From Nemertoderma westbladi (taxonomy: Eukaryota; Animalia; Xenacoelomorpha), in contig JAUCBJ010006287.1 of the NCBI GenBank assembly GCA_032718475.1, positions 1 to 42,612 of the forward strand: DNA of 42,612 bases, given 5' to 3'. The stretch's first letter is position 1. Every line of letters begins with the position of its first letter. A program made the translations under genes and the position numbers. The notes beneath the pieces are model-generated. The model was not told the origin of the DNA, searched no databases, and was given only the letters and a program-made list of their open reading frames with translations. Below, one piece after another: positions 1 to 12,757 of this stretch.

Positions 1-1452
1 GTAACCAACCAATAAACCATACATACAATCGCATGGCAATGAATAATAAAAAAAGTAAACATTTAATTTCATGATGATAATACAATAATATTACATTTAA
101 CCGGAAACTGTGGTATAAAGTAATTCATAAGAGTAGCCTACTGTTTAAAGTCAATTAGTTACGTGTCATAATGTTAATAAAATTTTATTCCAAAATTAAT
201 ACATTACAAACGCAGGGCGAGTAAGGACATCTTTCAAGGAAAGCGACACTATTTCCATGCCAATCCCGCTATCTGCTATCTTTCTGACTGACTGTACGAC
301 AAAGTCTCTAATAAATCTTACTCCACTCAACTCTTCTACTTCCAGTCAACATTGCAACAACAGTCAACGAATAAAATAATAAATAAATATTTGTTAAAAT
401 CAAAGGTTTCAGTTTCATTTTTGTAACGGTTGCCGGATGTAGCGTAGCGTTTATCTTCCCCCACCAAATAAGTATGAGTGATTCAATTTAATGTAATGGA
501 TAATTATAAAAAATAATGTAAGAAGAAGTTATTTGAAGCGGAGTATTATAAAAATAGTGTAAAAATTTATTTAATATTGTGTTGGGAATTTGGTGAAAAT
601 ATATTAAAACCAGGGAGTTATTTAATATGGCTGAAACAAATTATATATATGCCTTGTAGATAGGTAATAGAATCGATAATACCTACCTACCTACCCATAA
701 TAAACAATAATCAATATTATTATTATTATATTAATATGGAACTACAATACCTGCATTGAATATTATACATTAAATAAAAATTAATAAAACTCATTTTTAA
801 ATGGAATGATTGGAATTATTTAAATTCACTTTTACTTACACTATATACATACTGTAATAAAATAAATAAAAAACTGAAGTTAACAGAATATTTAACAACT
901 TTAGTTTGCACCTTAACGGTACCAATAATATAATGTATAACTTTATACGGCGGGTAACTTAATGCGGCGGGTGATGACAATTAATACAGTACAGCAGTAA
1001 CGTCCTTAAAGAAACATGGGAAGTAGGCCCGTTACCGTACTACCAGTACAGATAGAGATAGCCAATTCACTTTATGATCTTTGATTCTTTAATTCACAAA
1101 GTGAAGCATTAAAAGATAAATAATAAAATATGTATACATATAAATAAAACGGCACCAGCTTGATAATAAAATAAATTAAAATTAATTGAGAAAAGTTCTC
1201 GATTGGACGGCCGGCCTCTCTAACACTAAGTAATTCACTTTATTTCCCAGTCCATATGTGCACTGCGAGTGATTGCGCACAGATATAGGCCGTCGGAATA
1301 CTATTTACCTGTCATGGTGGTCAAGTATGTAGTGCACATCCACGGGCAGTTCTATAGCCACGGTACTCACTCATACGATAGAATTCAGTATTATGGGTCA
1401 TTTGATCACAAAACATTTACAACCACACGTTGTAAAGGGAAATCGTTTAACC

Positions 1453-2697
1453 TTAGGTGCGTAAGTTGAAACGAGTTTCGCCCAGACGGAAAAGGAATTT
1501 GTTTGGGAGGCGTATAAGTGAATTGAGAGCGGCGGACTTATACAGATCAGCTGGCCCCCCCTGCTGGTACCGGTCCCAACAGATCTGGACAAGTTTAACC
1601 GTGTGTACATCGTGGGTTACATCGCTAATCACATCCTCTTTTATCTCCTCCCAAGATTTCGAATCGAGAACCTCCTTAGACAGAACAGGTTCGCCAGACA
1701 CATTGGACACGCCTTCAGCTATACACCAGATGGCTAGCGATATGAGGTAGGATCGAACCATCATGTTGATGTGATTGATGTTGGTAATAACTGGTAGAAC
1801 CTGCCTCAAGGCCCAAGCTGAAGTTACGCAGTGCAGCAACACAAAATCGTTAGCCCTCGTGCCTGTGCTTGAGTTGTATAACATCGTAGCCATATCGATT
1901 AAATGGTCGCCTATTGTGGTAGCGATATCTACAGTGGCAGACTCGTTTTCGAAAGGAAACGTTATAGAGTTAATAACGTTTAATACTGGTCTAACACAGT
2001 TGGGAGTAGAAAATAATTCATCGAAATTATTTTTCATATTATCATACGGCCAATAGTATTCTTCGAGAGAAAGATTGGGTTGAAGGGAGGTTAGGACTTC
2101 TACTAACTCTGGGTTTGTAGTAACGGATAGCAGATTTTGAACAACTGAGATAAAATTAGAAGGGCCTTGGGCTAAAGGTTGGGACATTACGTCATCCGGT
2201 AGGTTTATAGGTATGTTGTGGAAGTGCAGGAATGTTAATCCTTCTACGATTACACGCGGATTCTTTACCGTCTGACCGTAACCAACCTGGATAATCCCGT
2301 GTAACAAATTTCCAGCCATCCCCTTAACTAACGACGGTGCTTCCTGCCTAATAAGTTCGTCGGTTGATCCTAACTTTTCTAACAAACTTCTGTAGTACTT
2401 AACCAACGGGTAATACTCTGACTCTGCTCCGAGGTACCGCAGACTATCTTCTTTGCTCATTGGCGGTGCGCTGTCAATCTCGGCATTGTACGCATTCGGA
2501 TCAAAATGAAGGCGTTTCGAGTAACGGGAAGCGAATACAGCTATTCGCTCGGTTGTGGCGCCCAATCGGTGTAGGGCAATAATGCCGTGCGTAAGGTGTG
2601 TGGTATGGTGTCTACCCAAACCATCAAGATAGTCAACATAGAAATGTTCCGTTGAATGACTATTAAGGATTTGATCAATGCTTGAAACCGAATCCAT
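1453..2697 (-). CDS. Questin oxidase-like (DUF4243/AflY-like) oxidoreductase, single ORF, 414 aa
   Basis: Long ORF with the His-containing blocks I recognise from this family: HLTHGIIALHRLGA, LLHGIIQVGYG, DFVLLHCVTSAWALR, DVHTVKLV. Family assigned from recalled motifs. Confidence 0.8.
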   Translation of the reverse strand: MDSVSSIDQILNSHSTEHFYVDYLDGLGRHHTTHLTHGIIALHRLGATTERIAVFASRYSKRLHFDPNAYNAEIDSAPPMSKEDSLRYLGAESEYYPLVKYYRSLLEKLGSTDELIRQEAPSLVKGMAGNLLHGIIQVGYGQTVKNPRVIVEGLTFLHFHNIPINLPDDVMSQPLAQGPSNFISVVQNLLSVTTNPELVEVLTSLQPNLSLEEYYWPYDNMKNNFDELFSTPNCVRPVLNVINSITFPFENESATVDIATTIGDHLIDMATMLYNSSTGTRANDFVLLHCVTSAWALRQVLPVITNINHINMMVRSYLISLAIWCIAEGVSNVSGEPVLSKEVLDSKSWEEIKEDVISDVTHDVHTVKLVQICWDRYQQGGPADLYKSAALNSLIRLPNKFLFRLGETRFNLRT

Positions 2698-2730
2698 TAT
2701 AATAACAAATATAGCGTATTAGACAATAAG

Positions 2731-3033
2731 AGGTCTGCCGGCAGATGTATTGTTATTAGGCGATACCGGTACTTTATTCCAATTTCATAGGAGGAAGAAA
2801 CAGGGGGGGGGGGGGGGAACTGGACGCAAAACCCGCCTTGGTGAATTAATACACCAACTCAATGTTAAATTCTCAATTTGCAATTACTGAATTATTTGCG
2901 TCGAATTTCCCCTGGAGAGGCTGAGAGGGATGGATTTTTATTGCGTCCAGCCCCCCCCCCCCCCCCCCCCCCCCTCCCCATCTGCTATCTGGATAGGAAA
3001 TAAGGTCTGAAAAGCATATCTACCGTCAGATCG
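2731..3033. mobile_element. Degenerate MITE-like inverted-repeat element just upstream of the DUF4243 start
   Basis: Imperfect outer IR (ggtctgccggcagat / atctaccgtcagatc) and inner IR (polyG..ctggacgcaa / ttgcgtccag-polyC). No clear TSD. Confidence 0.4.
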
Positions 3034-3627
3034 TACGGATCCCGATCCCATACAACCATAAAAACTGCAAACCATTAGGCCTACCGACACAAAACCGCGT
3101 GGATACTAAAATTCGCATACAATAGAGGCCCACTTTTTATATATAAAACATACCGGTACGTGAATGAGGCGCCTTTGTGCGGCAGAAGCTGCAAGCCATC
3201 TTCTGATGTTAGCGAACAATTATAATTATACTATGGCTACGGTAGGGGCTAAGGGATTAGCTAGTTAGTTATATATTCTGATTTTTTTTTTCAATTCAAT
3301 TCAATTTATTTATTTCTCTTCCGTCTATATATATGTATTTTTTTTTGTTTTGGTTTCCGACACACACTGAAGTGCAAAGTAACACTGACATACTTACTGA
3401 CTTAATGATTGTGGTGATTTGTAGAGGTACTGACTGGTGACTGTGATATCGGTTTGTTTTTTAGGTTACCGGTAGGGATCGTTGCTGAAGCTCATTAATG
3501 TTTGCTAGCATCGGAGGACAGACCGGCTGAATACCCTTTCAGTAAGTCAGCGACAATGTGTGTGTGGAAATCATAATTTCAATAATTACGTATAGAACTA
3601 AAACAAATAGAAATAAACACTGATTTC

Positions 3628-3859
3628 TACGGTGGCTGAATTGTGCCACTTAATACTTTTTTTTTATTTTTTTTTTGAAGCGACTTTTTGGTCGACCAAA
3701 AAGTACTTTTTGGTCGACCAAAAAGTACTTTTTGGTCGACCAATAAGTCGACTTTTTGGTCGACCAAAAAGTAGTTTTTGGTCGACCAAAAAGTAGTTTT
3801 TGGTATTGAAAAAAAAAAAATAAAAAAAAAGTATTAAGTGGCACAATTCAGCCACCGTA
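3628..3859. mobile_element. Non-autonomous TIR element, IS3EU-like MITE
   Basis: Perfect TIR tacggtggctgaattgtgccacttaatacttttt. 6-bp TSD gatttc at 3622-3627 and 3860-3865. Interior is a tandem of palindromic ttttggtcgaccaaaa units. TAY..RTA ends with a 6-bp TSD fit IS3EU. Confidence 0.85.
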
Positions 3860-4655
3860 GATTTCTTAACACATTGAAATAAAATAATTAAAAACTATGA
3901 TAGGTGAGATAATGAAGATCTCATCTATGTATTTTTTTTTATGTATAATTGAATTATTTTATACTATTACATAATTAATTTACATTATAGTAAGACATTG
4001 ATTTCGACAAGTATTGTCAAATGTCAAGTAAAATATTATTGAACATTGAGTTGAGATTTGCCCTTCTACTTAAATGTTAATTGCATCCACCTGTAAGTGT
4101 AATTTTATTTACTAATTATAACTTCTAATTAGGTATTTGTACTAGGTGGTGTTCCCCCTGTTTATATTTTAATGTTTCAAATTACACTGAGTGTCTTAAA
4201 ATTAAAATAAAATAAAGATAAGTATCTTATTATGAAAGTGTTTAATGACATGATGCCTCCCTGCGAGGCATCGCTCCAGTAGTGGTGAGGTCAACAGGTT
4301 GGGGTGATCCGATGCAAGCAGTAGCGTGGAGAGAAGGTGTATTTCTATATTGTATTGTGTATAATAATGTAGGACTTTATCTCACGCCGGTCCCGGGTGT
4401 TAATATTTACAAGAACGAGAGGAGCGAGCGAGTGAAATATTGAAACGAGGGACCGAAGTGAGATAAAAGGTACATTATTCACAATATAATGTTGTTTTAT
4501 TGTTAAATTTCTGGAGTACTTAACAAGATGTATAAATATATAACATTTACCACATTCTTATATTTGTATATGTTTTGTTAACGACGCACGAACATCTTCG
4601 CTATTATATACCAAATTTTTAGAACTATGTTCTACAATAAGGTCTATAAGTTCTA

Positions 4656-6749
4656 GGGTCTTCTTTATTGCCATAGCAACGGGAGTTTTCCTCCTAATAC
4701 GGGAATGCCTATGGTTTCTCAAAATTTGGTAAATAATGCATTTCAGTATTACAGTATTTTAAACATTACAACAATATATTTGAATTGACTTCAATGTTCT
4801 TAGCAACGAAAGTTTACCATAGTAACGGTATCCGTAGCGGTTATATAAGAGTAGTAAGATATCCGTAGCAATGGCATGTTTTGCATAACAATGATAATTT
4901 TATCATAGCAACGTCGGCTCAATGCAGTTTCCGATACACTTATACACGATACACTTTTTCAATACACTTACTTACTTACTTGTACTGTTGTAAACCACAT
5001 AAAGTCACATTCACAATAAAAACATATAAGTGGCAAGCAACTGTTTTTTTTCCACAGCAACTGTAAGTTATCCTTAGCAACGGTATAGCGATAATGAATG
5101 ACGCCTTTAGCTTAGCCACGAATTGTTTTACATGGTAACAACTATTTTTCAAGTGAGACTAAATATTCTTCATCAACTGGTGGAGAGTTTTCTATAGCAA
5201 CAGCGAGTTTTCATAGTAGGAAGGAATGCCTATTCACAACCATTGGTGAACTTCCACAGTAAATCCTTCGACTCTGTTTCCTAAAGGAATGACTGTTCAC
5301 CACCATGGGTGAACTTCCACAGTAAACCCTTCCACTCTGTTTCCTAAAGGAATGACTGTTCACTACCATGGGTGAACTCCCACAGTAAATACTTCGACTC
5401 TGTTTCCTAAAGGAATGACTCTTCACCACCATATGGGTGATCTTCCACAGTAAACCATTCCATTCTGTTTCTTAAAGGAATGCCTGTTCACTACCATGGG
5501 TGAACTTCCACAGTAAATCCTTCGAATCTGTTTCCTAAAGGAATGACTGTTAACTACCATGGGTGAACTTCCACAGTAAATCCTTCGACTCTGTTTCCTA
5601 AAGGAATGACTGTTCACCACCATGGGTGATCTTCCACAGTAAACCCTTCCATTCTGTTTCCTAAAGGAATGACTGTTCACTACCATGGGTGATCTTCCAC
5701 AGTAAACCCTTCCACTCTGTTTCCTAAAGGAATGCCTGTTCACCACCATGGATGATCTTCCACAGTAAACCCTTCCATTCTGTTTCCTAAAGGAATGACT
5801 GTTCACTACCATGGGTGATCTTCCACAGTAAACCCTTCCACTCTGTTTCCTAAAGGAATGCCTGTTCACCACCATGGATGATCTTCCACAGTAAACCCTT
5901 CCATTATGTTTCCTAAAGGAATGCCTGTTCACCACCATGGGTAATCTTCCACAGTAAACCCTCCCCCAATCTGTTTCCTAAAGGATATTCACCACCGTGG
6001 GTGATCTTCCACAGTATACCCTTCCACTCTGTTTCCCAAGTTGCCTTGGTTCCCATTCAGCGACCAGTTAAGGATGAACACCAGGGTTGGGGTAGGCTGC
6101 AGCATTTAAAGCATGCCCCGTTTTTGCCGAAAACATCATTATTAAACATAGCATAAACTGTATAAAAAAATTGCGAAAATCCAGCTGTTGCATTAATATG
6201 CCGTATCTGCGATAAATTTACCGTTACTATGCACTAAGAATTTTGCTATAGAAAACTCTCCACTTCGCCTCGCCAAGCTCGCCTCTTATATGTAAAACTC
6301 ACCTTTTATGTACTGTAATAACATGTTGTTGTGGAAAGACCGCTGTTTACAATGAAAACACGTCGTTGCTAAGCTAAAGTAGCCGTTGCTATGATAAAAT
6401 TATCAATGTTATGCAAAACATGCCATTGCTACGGATATCTTACTACCACCGGTACTCTTATATAAAATTCGCAGTTTTATGAAGAAAAAAAACGCAAATG
6501 CAAATGTTAATACTGTGAAAAACCCAATGTTCTTATGAAAAACACCCCGTTGCTAAGGTAAACTTTCGTTGCTAAGAATAATGAAGTCAATTCAATTATA
6601 TTTTTGCAATGTTTAAAATAATGAATAGCATTATTTACCAAATTTAGAGAAACACAACAGGCATTCTCGTATTAGGAAGAAAACTCCCGTTGCTATGGCA
6701 ATAAATCATTGCATTGTTAAATAAAATAAAAAAAATAATAGAAGACCCC
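4656..6749. repeat. Large degenerate inverted repeat (arms ~4656-5202 and ~6243-6749), rich in gttgctatgg/ccatagcaac motifs; probable foldback transposon
   Basis: ttgccatagcaacgggagtttt is mirrored by aaaactcccgttgctatggcaa, and gtggagagttttctatagcaa by ttgctatagaaaactctccac. True termini not resolved; related motifs continue to ~7590. Confidence 0.65.
5220..6036. repeat. 63-bp tandem minisatellite, ~13 copies
   Basis: cttccacagt recurs at 5251, 5314 and onward. The 21-aa periodicity of the ORF-track peptides (MVVNSHSFRKQSGRVYCGSSP) confirms the 63-bp period. Confidence 0.95.
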
Positions 6750-7689
6750 ATACACTTTTAATAATAAAAAATCCTTAAATTCTTAATCTCTAAGGCGAAT
6801 AAAATACCAAAACGATACTGGAACTGCATAAATAATAAAATATACCCGTTGCTATGGTAACATTAGAATAATGAATTCGCTTGTGATCATGAATGTTGTC
6901 TATATAACATATTGATATGCATATGAAATACAATATATGACATGTTTTTGACGGATATTCCACATACTACATGCGTCGGTAAATAATTGTCTTAGGTTAT
7001 GAACATGTAAGGTAATTGACCCTAAATGGATTTCTTTGTAAACTGATAGTAACTATATTTAAAGTGATGAAACATTACAGGTCTTTTTTGCTAGTTTCCA
7101 TGGTTACATGGCAACTGCGAATCCATTTTTATGGCGTCACAATTAAAAATATAGAGGGTCTTATTGACAATATATTTGGAATGTATCAAATTTTACCACA
7201 AGTGGAACATATATTTGGCAATGGTTTAGAAAACTATTGATACTTGCAAAAATTCACCGAAATTTTCAGTAAAAACGACATTTGAAGACGCATTTAGAAC
7301 AGTTGCCATAGTAACTGGATACTAAAATCTGCCTCAACGGATTCTCCGATGCCGGTTTAGGGGGGATAGCTCATGGTTAGAATTCTATAGGGTCATTAGA
7401 AGATGGTGTTTCGCAAATGACCCTCGTGTTGCCATGGTGAAACGTAACCCAAAAATTCACAATTGAGCTTGGCATCAGACGGATTCGGAATCAGCACAGT
7501 CGATTTAGCTTAAAACCGTTGGATGTCAGCCATTACCCAATTTGCCTTCGCCATCACTATTTCGGCAAAATGGAACCAGACTATTACATCGGTATACAAA
7601 AACTCTATAATCAATAATAATTTAAATGTATTTAGAAATTTATTTAAAAATATTTTTTTTTATTTACTAGCTATTTTAAAATTAAAAAA

Positions 7690-8790
7690 CTATCTATATG
7701 TTTTAGAACATGATATTTTTTATTTCGGGAACAGTTCCACCCGTGCCAACATTTTCGTTGCTTTTTTTCAACAAATTTTCATGCTTTTTTTTTCTTGATA
7801 AATGTTCTAGAACTTTGAAAAAAGTTCTAGAACATTTTAATTATGAATTTTCGAAAAAAAAATTATTATAAAAATTGTTCAATTTATTATTTTTTATGCT
7901 ATTTTGCATGGTTTTTTCTATTTATAAGAGTTCTAGAACATTTATTGAATGTTCTAGAACATATACCAAATGTTCTAGAACATTTTTATTAACAATTTTC
8001 GATAAAAAAAATTATAGAATATTTGTTCTTTTAAAAAATTATCAAAATTATTGTTTTGGAATACAGAACAACTAACCATAACGGTAACATTCTAGAACAT
8101 TTTTTTTAATGTTAGCTAGGGCTGGTATTGAATACGTAGGCCTACACCATAATGGCATCAATAGTCGATCGTCGACGTCTATCGATATCTATTTTTACTA
8201 CCTATAATTATAAATTATTATTTGAGTACATAAAATTACTAGATATATATGTTAATTATACAAAAAAGTGTTAAAAAAACAAAAAATAATTAAAAATAAC
8301 ATTACAACATTAAAAAGTAGTAGCTAGTAAACTATACACATTTTAGAGCAAAATTAAAATGTTGGCACGGGGGTACTAGTGTGTTATAGGTACACCCCCC
8401 CCTCAATTTTTTTTACTAGCTAGTTTTTGCTATTTCTTTTTATGAAATGTTCTAGAACATGAGATGCATTTGAAAAAAATAATAAAATGTTCTAGAACTA
8501 ATATTTTTTGTTCTAGAACAAATTTTAAAAAAAGCTTACAAATGATATTTTTTGTTAGTATTTTTTTATTTGATGTCAAGGAAATTGAATAGCAAAACCT
8601 AGCTAGTAAAAAAAATTTGAGGTGGGTTTGGCTTTCCCGGGCACTCTGGGATTGTTCACAATTACGATTTTTTTAAATTTAGATATACAAACGGGTTTGG
8701 TTATAATATGCGATTTAGGCCCTAAAAATATTTTATTTTTCTAAAAAGTATTTGTTCTAGATTATTTAAATACATTTAAACTTTATCTAT
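7690..8790. mobile_element. AT-rich decayed transposon region with many gttctagaac palindromes and internal inverted repeats
   Basis: IR pairs cccgtgccaacatttt (~7740) / aaaatgttggcacggg (~8357) and cctcaattttttttactagctag (~8401) / ctagctagtaaaaaaaatttgagg (~8599). More than 10 ttctagaa sites. Confidence 0.5.
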
Positions 8791-8889
8791 AGAACATTAA
8801 TTAATTTAAAAAAAGGCAAAAAGCGGCACTGGCGTGTGTCAATCGGTACCACCAGCTACATCATGTGGTGTATCAATACGTTTCAAAAA

Positions 8890-9477
8890 ATGTTACTGCT
8901 ACTGCTGATGATTAGTTTAGGAACATCGATAGCAAATGGGATATTGTGCTATGATACTGGTAATGTCGCTAACCCTGATAGGGAAAACCCCAATTGGTAC
9001 CAGAAATGCACCGGCAGTGACTATGAAGATTGCTTTTCGCAAATGAAGTCCGACGAAATTAAATCATCATCATCTGACGGATTAAAAATTAACGCGAATT
9101 TTAACGGAAGTCCTAATGATTACAATGACGAGTACTGCTTTTGGATCTACGCACACAAAGAAAATCACATAAGAAGGGGAGCTGACAATCTATATTGGAA
9201 ATGCAAAGCCCCAACTGAGAGCGAACCAGCGCCTGGTAAATGTACTGACTACGGATTCAAGGTAAATAGTCAGGGCACCGGTCTAGGAATAGCGGGCGAG
9301 GACAGCGAGTGTTCGTATTACTGTTGCAACACTGATTTTTGTAACAGCGAGAAAAACATGAGAAAAATACTTAATAGAGAACCAATAACAACAACAACGA
9401 GCTCAAGCGCAAACAGATCATTCTCACTAAAAGGTAGCGCTGCAATAATGTGTATCGCGTTGATGCGATTATTTTAA
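8890..9477 (+). CDS. Secreted, probably GPI-anchored Ly6/uPAR (three-finger)-like protein, single ORF
   Basis: Signal peptide MLLLLLMISLGTSIANG, then ILCY, 10 Cys ending in CCNTDFCN, a Thr/Ser stalk and a hydrophobic C-terminal tail. The track start at 8836 is a GTG; ATG 8890 (or 8863) is more plausible. Confidence 0.8.
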   Translation: MLLLLLMISLGTSIANGILCYDTGNVANPDRENPNWYQKCTGSDYEDCFSQMKSDEIKSSSSDGLKINANFNGSPNDYNDEYCFWIYAHKENHIRRGADNLYWKCKAPTESEPAPGKCTDYGFKVNSQGTGLGIAGEDSECSYYCCNTDFCNSEKNMRKILNREPITTTTSSSANRSFSLKGSAAIMCIALMRLF

Positions 9478-10452
9478 GGTCGAAAGAAACCGTAACACAA
9501 CCACAACGTAACAAAACTTTATGTAATTAGATACAAACCAGCAAACTATAAACTATTTAATAACTTACTTCCGGGCTCCAGCCTCTTGCACAATATATGT
9601 ATTTATATTTCATCCAATAAGATGGCAATATGTAGCAATGTTACTGTATAACACCGTAAAACAATATGATGGGTTAATCAACCAATCCAGAAAACAATAA
9701 TAAATTTATTAGATAAATATAATAACAAATATCAACTTAACTATCTAATGTAATTTCGATTTTACTATAGACTAGTTAAACAAACAAACTTACCATTAAA
9801 TGTAAAGTGAAAAATATTATCAACTGCGGCCCCTCGTGTAACTGTCCTATCTGGTTAATAACGGCGAACAAATATTAACAATGTAAATAGGATGAAAAAA
9901 AACAAATATAAGACACACGTTGGTTGGCTACCAATAGAGTGTGCCCTAATGTTATCTAATGTAAAGTAGATTAGGACGTAATAGGCCTACACGTCTTGGA
10001 GGAATACACTGAGTGACACCCAATAACAAAAAAATGGGCCAATCACACAACGGGTAAAGTGGTTTGCAATTATTTTGAGTTAGATAATGCTACATGGTTG
10101 TTGTTAGTGAAGTAAGTCATTGAACTTATTGGGGGCGGCCCCCATAGTTAACACTACACACAGGTGTGGGTGCAGTAAGCCAAGGTGTGGAATATAATTC
10201 CACGTACTCGGTACTCCAAGTAGCAATAATCAACTTCTTGCTCAGGATCAGATTATATTTTCCGTCTCTATTACATTGTAATCCCAATAAGTGTTTGATA
10301 GCAGGACTTTAACCAACAAATAAACGCATCAATAGATATGTAAAGTTTATTAACTCTATTGACTTTCGTTTATTGTTTTGGTTAAAATAACGTACCACTG
10401 TAACTTGCACTCCCTTAATTGATAATTTAACATTGAGACGAGATATTAATTC

Positions 10453-10728
10453 CCCCATGTGAAGAATACCAGGATTTCACTTTTCGGTCGACTTTTTATT
10501 GGATTTTTATATATGAAGATTTTTTATTTTTTTAATTTACCTTTATTAAGTGTTTTATAACGTTTATTTCTGTCTTATAACCTGTACATATACTAATTCG
10601 TTTATTGTTTTGGTTAGATTCAGCCCTTCTGTAACCTGTGTTTTTGGTGAAAACCTGGTATTCTTCACATGGGGTAAACTGCAAAGTGAAATATAACGGC
10701 AGAAAACATGGTATTCTTCACATGGGCC
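10453..10728. mobile_element. MITE with TIR cccatgtgaagaatacc (Merlin/MULE-like)
   Basis: TSD tattaattc at 10444-10452 and 10729-10737, plus an extra internal TIR copy at ~10650-10674. Related copies at ~12542-12757 and ~27257-27412. Confidence 0.75.
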
Positions 10729-11420
10729 TATTAATTCGCCGAGATAGGATCCTCCAGCCCCCCCCCCCCCCCCCCCCTAACTCAACTTTCCAATTATTAT
10801 GTAGTAAATAATTAATATAATTATAGGATCAAAAATAATAAATCGTTACGAATCATTTTGAGTAATATAACTATTTAATAAAATTGAACTGATGTATTGA
10901 CTGAGTGTAACAGACTTTCCACCAGACCAAGAACATCACAATTAAAATATGACTTCGTAAAGCCGCGTGTTTTAAGCAGAAATGTGCCTACGGGTAGCCA
11001 ATTAGTGCCGGAATACACGTATTATATTCCGAGAAGTTCGAATGTCTCAAGCCTGGTGGTTCACAGTGCCATAACACACAAACGATAGAGCCACAGACTT
11101 AACTTTAAATAATTGGTAGATACACAACCATTGGTTGGGATTACAAACTCAGGAATTTAATAGGGATGGGATTCTGAATCACAAAGGTATATAACCTTCA
11201 CCATCACGTTAACTCACCCCCACTTCATAGGATCTTTGGACCTTATGAAGTTAGACCTGACATTGTGACCACTGTTTCACGAGAACTGCGTATATAGAAC
11301 AATGGGGCAGATTTGAGTTCCCAGGGAAATGTACCGTATCCACTCGTTCATAACCTACTAATAGATACCTTCTAATCAAACCTTCTAATCAAGGACTACT
11401 CTACTAGAGTACTAGAGTAG

Positions 11421-11636
11421 GGGGTGGGTGTAAAACGCGGATCCGGATTCCAAAATTATCAATTAAGGGAAAGGAGCAGGTTACAGTGGCACGTTATTTT
11501 AACCAAAACAATAAACTACATTACAATAGAACAGGTTATAGTGGTATTTTTGGGTGTTATAAAAATGTAAAAAAAATCGACTTCCGTAGGGACCATGTTA
11601 AATGTAGAATCCGGATCCGCGTTTTACTTTGACCCC
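11421..11636. mobile_element. MITE with GG..CC ends (Merlin-like)
   Basis: IR gtaaaacgcggatccggattc / gaatccggatccgcgttttac. TSD tagagtag at 11413-11420 and 11637-11644. Confidence 0.8.
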
Positions 11637-11671
11637 TAGAGTAGTCCTTGCTCTTGCTTCTAATAGATAGA

Positions 11672-12327
11672 TAGATACGCCAAGCTGCTGCAAAGCCCCT
11701 AAATTTAGTGGGCCGGGCCAGTTATTTATCTTAGTTAGAATCCCTGAAGCAAAAGGTCTAGCGAGTCGAAAGTACTTGGCCTTAACTATAAATGTGTCCT
11801 CTTTCAGGTGAGACAAATAAAAATTAAATAACCCCCGTAGTTTTAAAGATATGGGGAGTTTGTGACACCCATGTCAGCACCTTTTGGAATTGAAAAAAAT
11901 TACTCCAAATAAACCACTCTTCAAAGGTTGGTATAAACTTCCTATAATGTGTATATATATAGTGTATATAGTGTATATAGTGTATATAGTGTTGAATTCA
12001 TTATTAACAATCCATTTAATAGACACAAAAAAAATTATTAGCAATAATTAATAATAATTCAACACATCAAAAATCACAACAATATGGTTGGTTATACAGT
12101 ATAACTTTTTTAAATGGAAGCGTTTTTTTAAGTAATTTTTTTTCCTATTCTGAAATGTGCTGACATGGATGCCAGGAACTTCCCTTAAAATCGGAAACTA
12201 CTGGAGCTATTTAATTTTTATTTGCCTCATCTGAAAGAGGACATAATTTTAGGTACATTCGACGCGCTAGACCTATTGTTTCAGGGAATCTAACTAAACT
12301 TTGCAGCGGCTTGGCGGGTCGTATCTA
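11672..12327. mobile_element. Degenerate long-TIR (foldback) element with tag..cta ends
   Basis: tagatacg-ccaagctgctgcaaag mirrors ctttgcagcggcttggc..cgtatcta. The arms stay alignable for ~200 bp (ggtctagcg/cgctagacc; tcctctttcag/ctgaaagagga). Confidence 0.7.
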
Positions 12328-12541
12328 GTTTAGGTCATGGTCCGTTTTTTATATATTCGTGTTTCTACAACATTTTGATTGTTTTTACAATAAAAGCGTC
12401 TATATAAGTATGATTGCTAAGCTGAGGGAAGTTTATTGTTGGAGACGATGTTGTATTCCAGTCTGTAACGCTCCAAACATAAAGACCTCCACATCCGTAG
12501 ACCAAGCAAGCACGGGAGGGGGGGGGGGGGGGATAGAAATT

Positions 12542-12757
12542 GGCCCATGTAATGTATTCCAGTTATATTTCACTTCGCAGTTTACCCAGGGGCTATGTGA
12601 AGAATACCAGGTTTCACTAAAAAAAACAATAAACTAAAAAAACTAAAAAAACAATAAACGTATTAGTATAGTATCTGTATAGAATATGAGATAGAAATAA
12701 GAGATTAATATTTCAATAAAATTTCGACCGAGGGGAAAACCTGGTATACTTCACATG
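12542..12757. mobile_element. Second, reverse-oriented and decayed copy of the 10453 MITE family
   Basis: Contains atgtgaagaataccaggtttcac and aaaacctggtatacttcacatg. Confidence 0.6.

Noticed and set aside
5211-5938. Repeat protein gene (73 aa and 171 aa ORFs)
   Set aside because: The open frame follows from a 63-bp stop-free unit; there is a frameshift near 5430 and no gene context.
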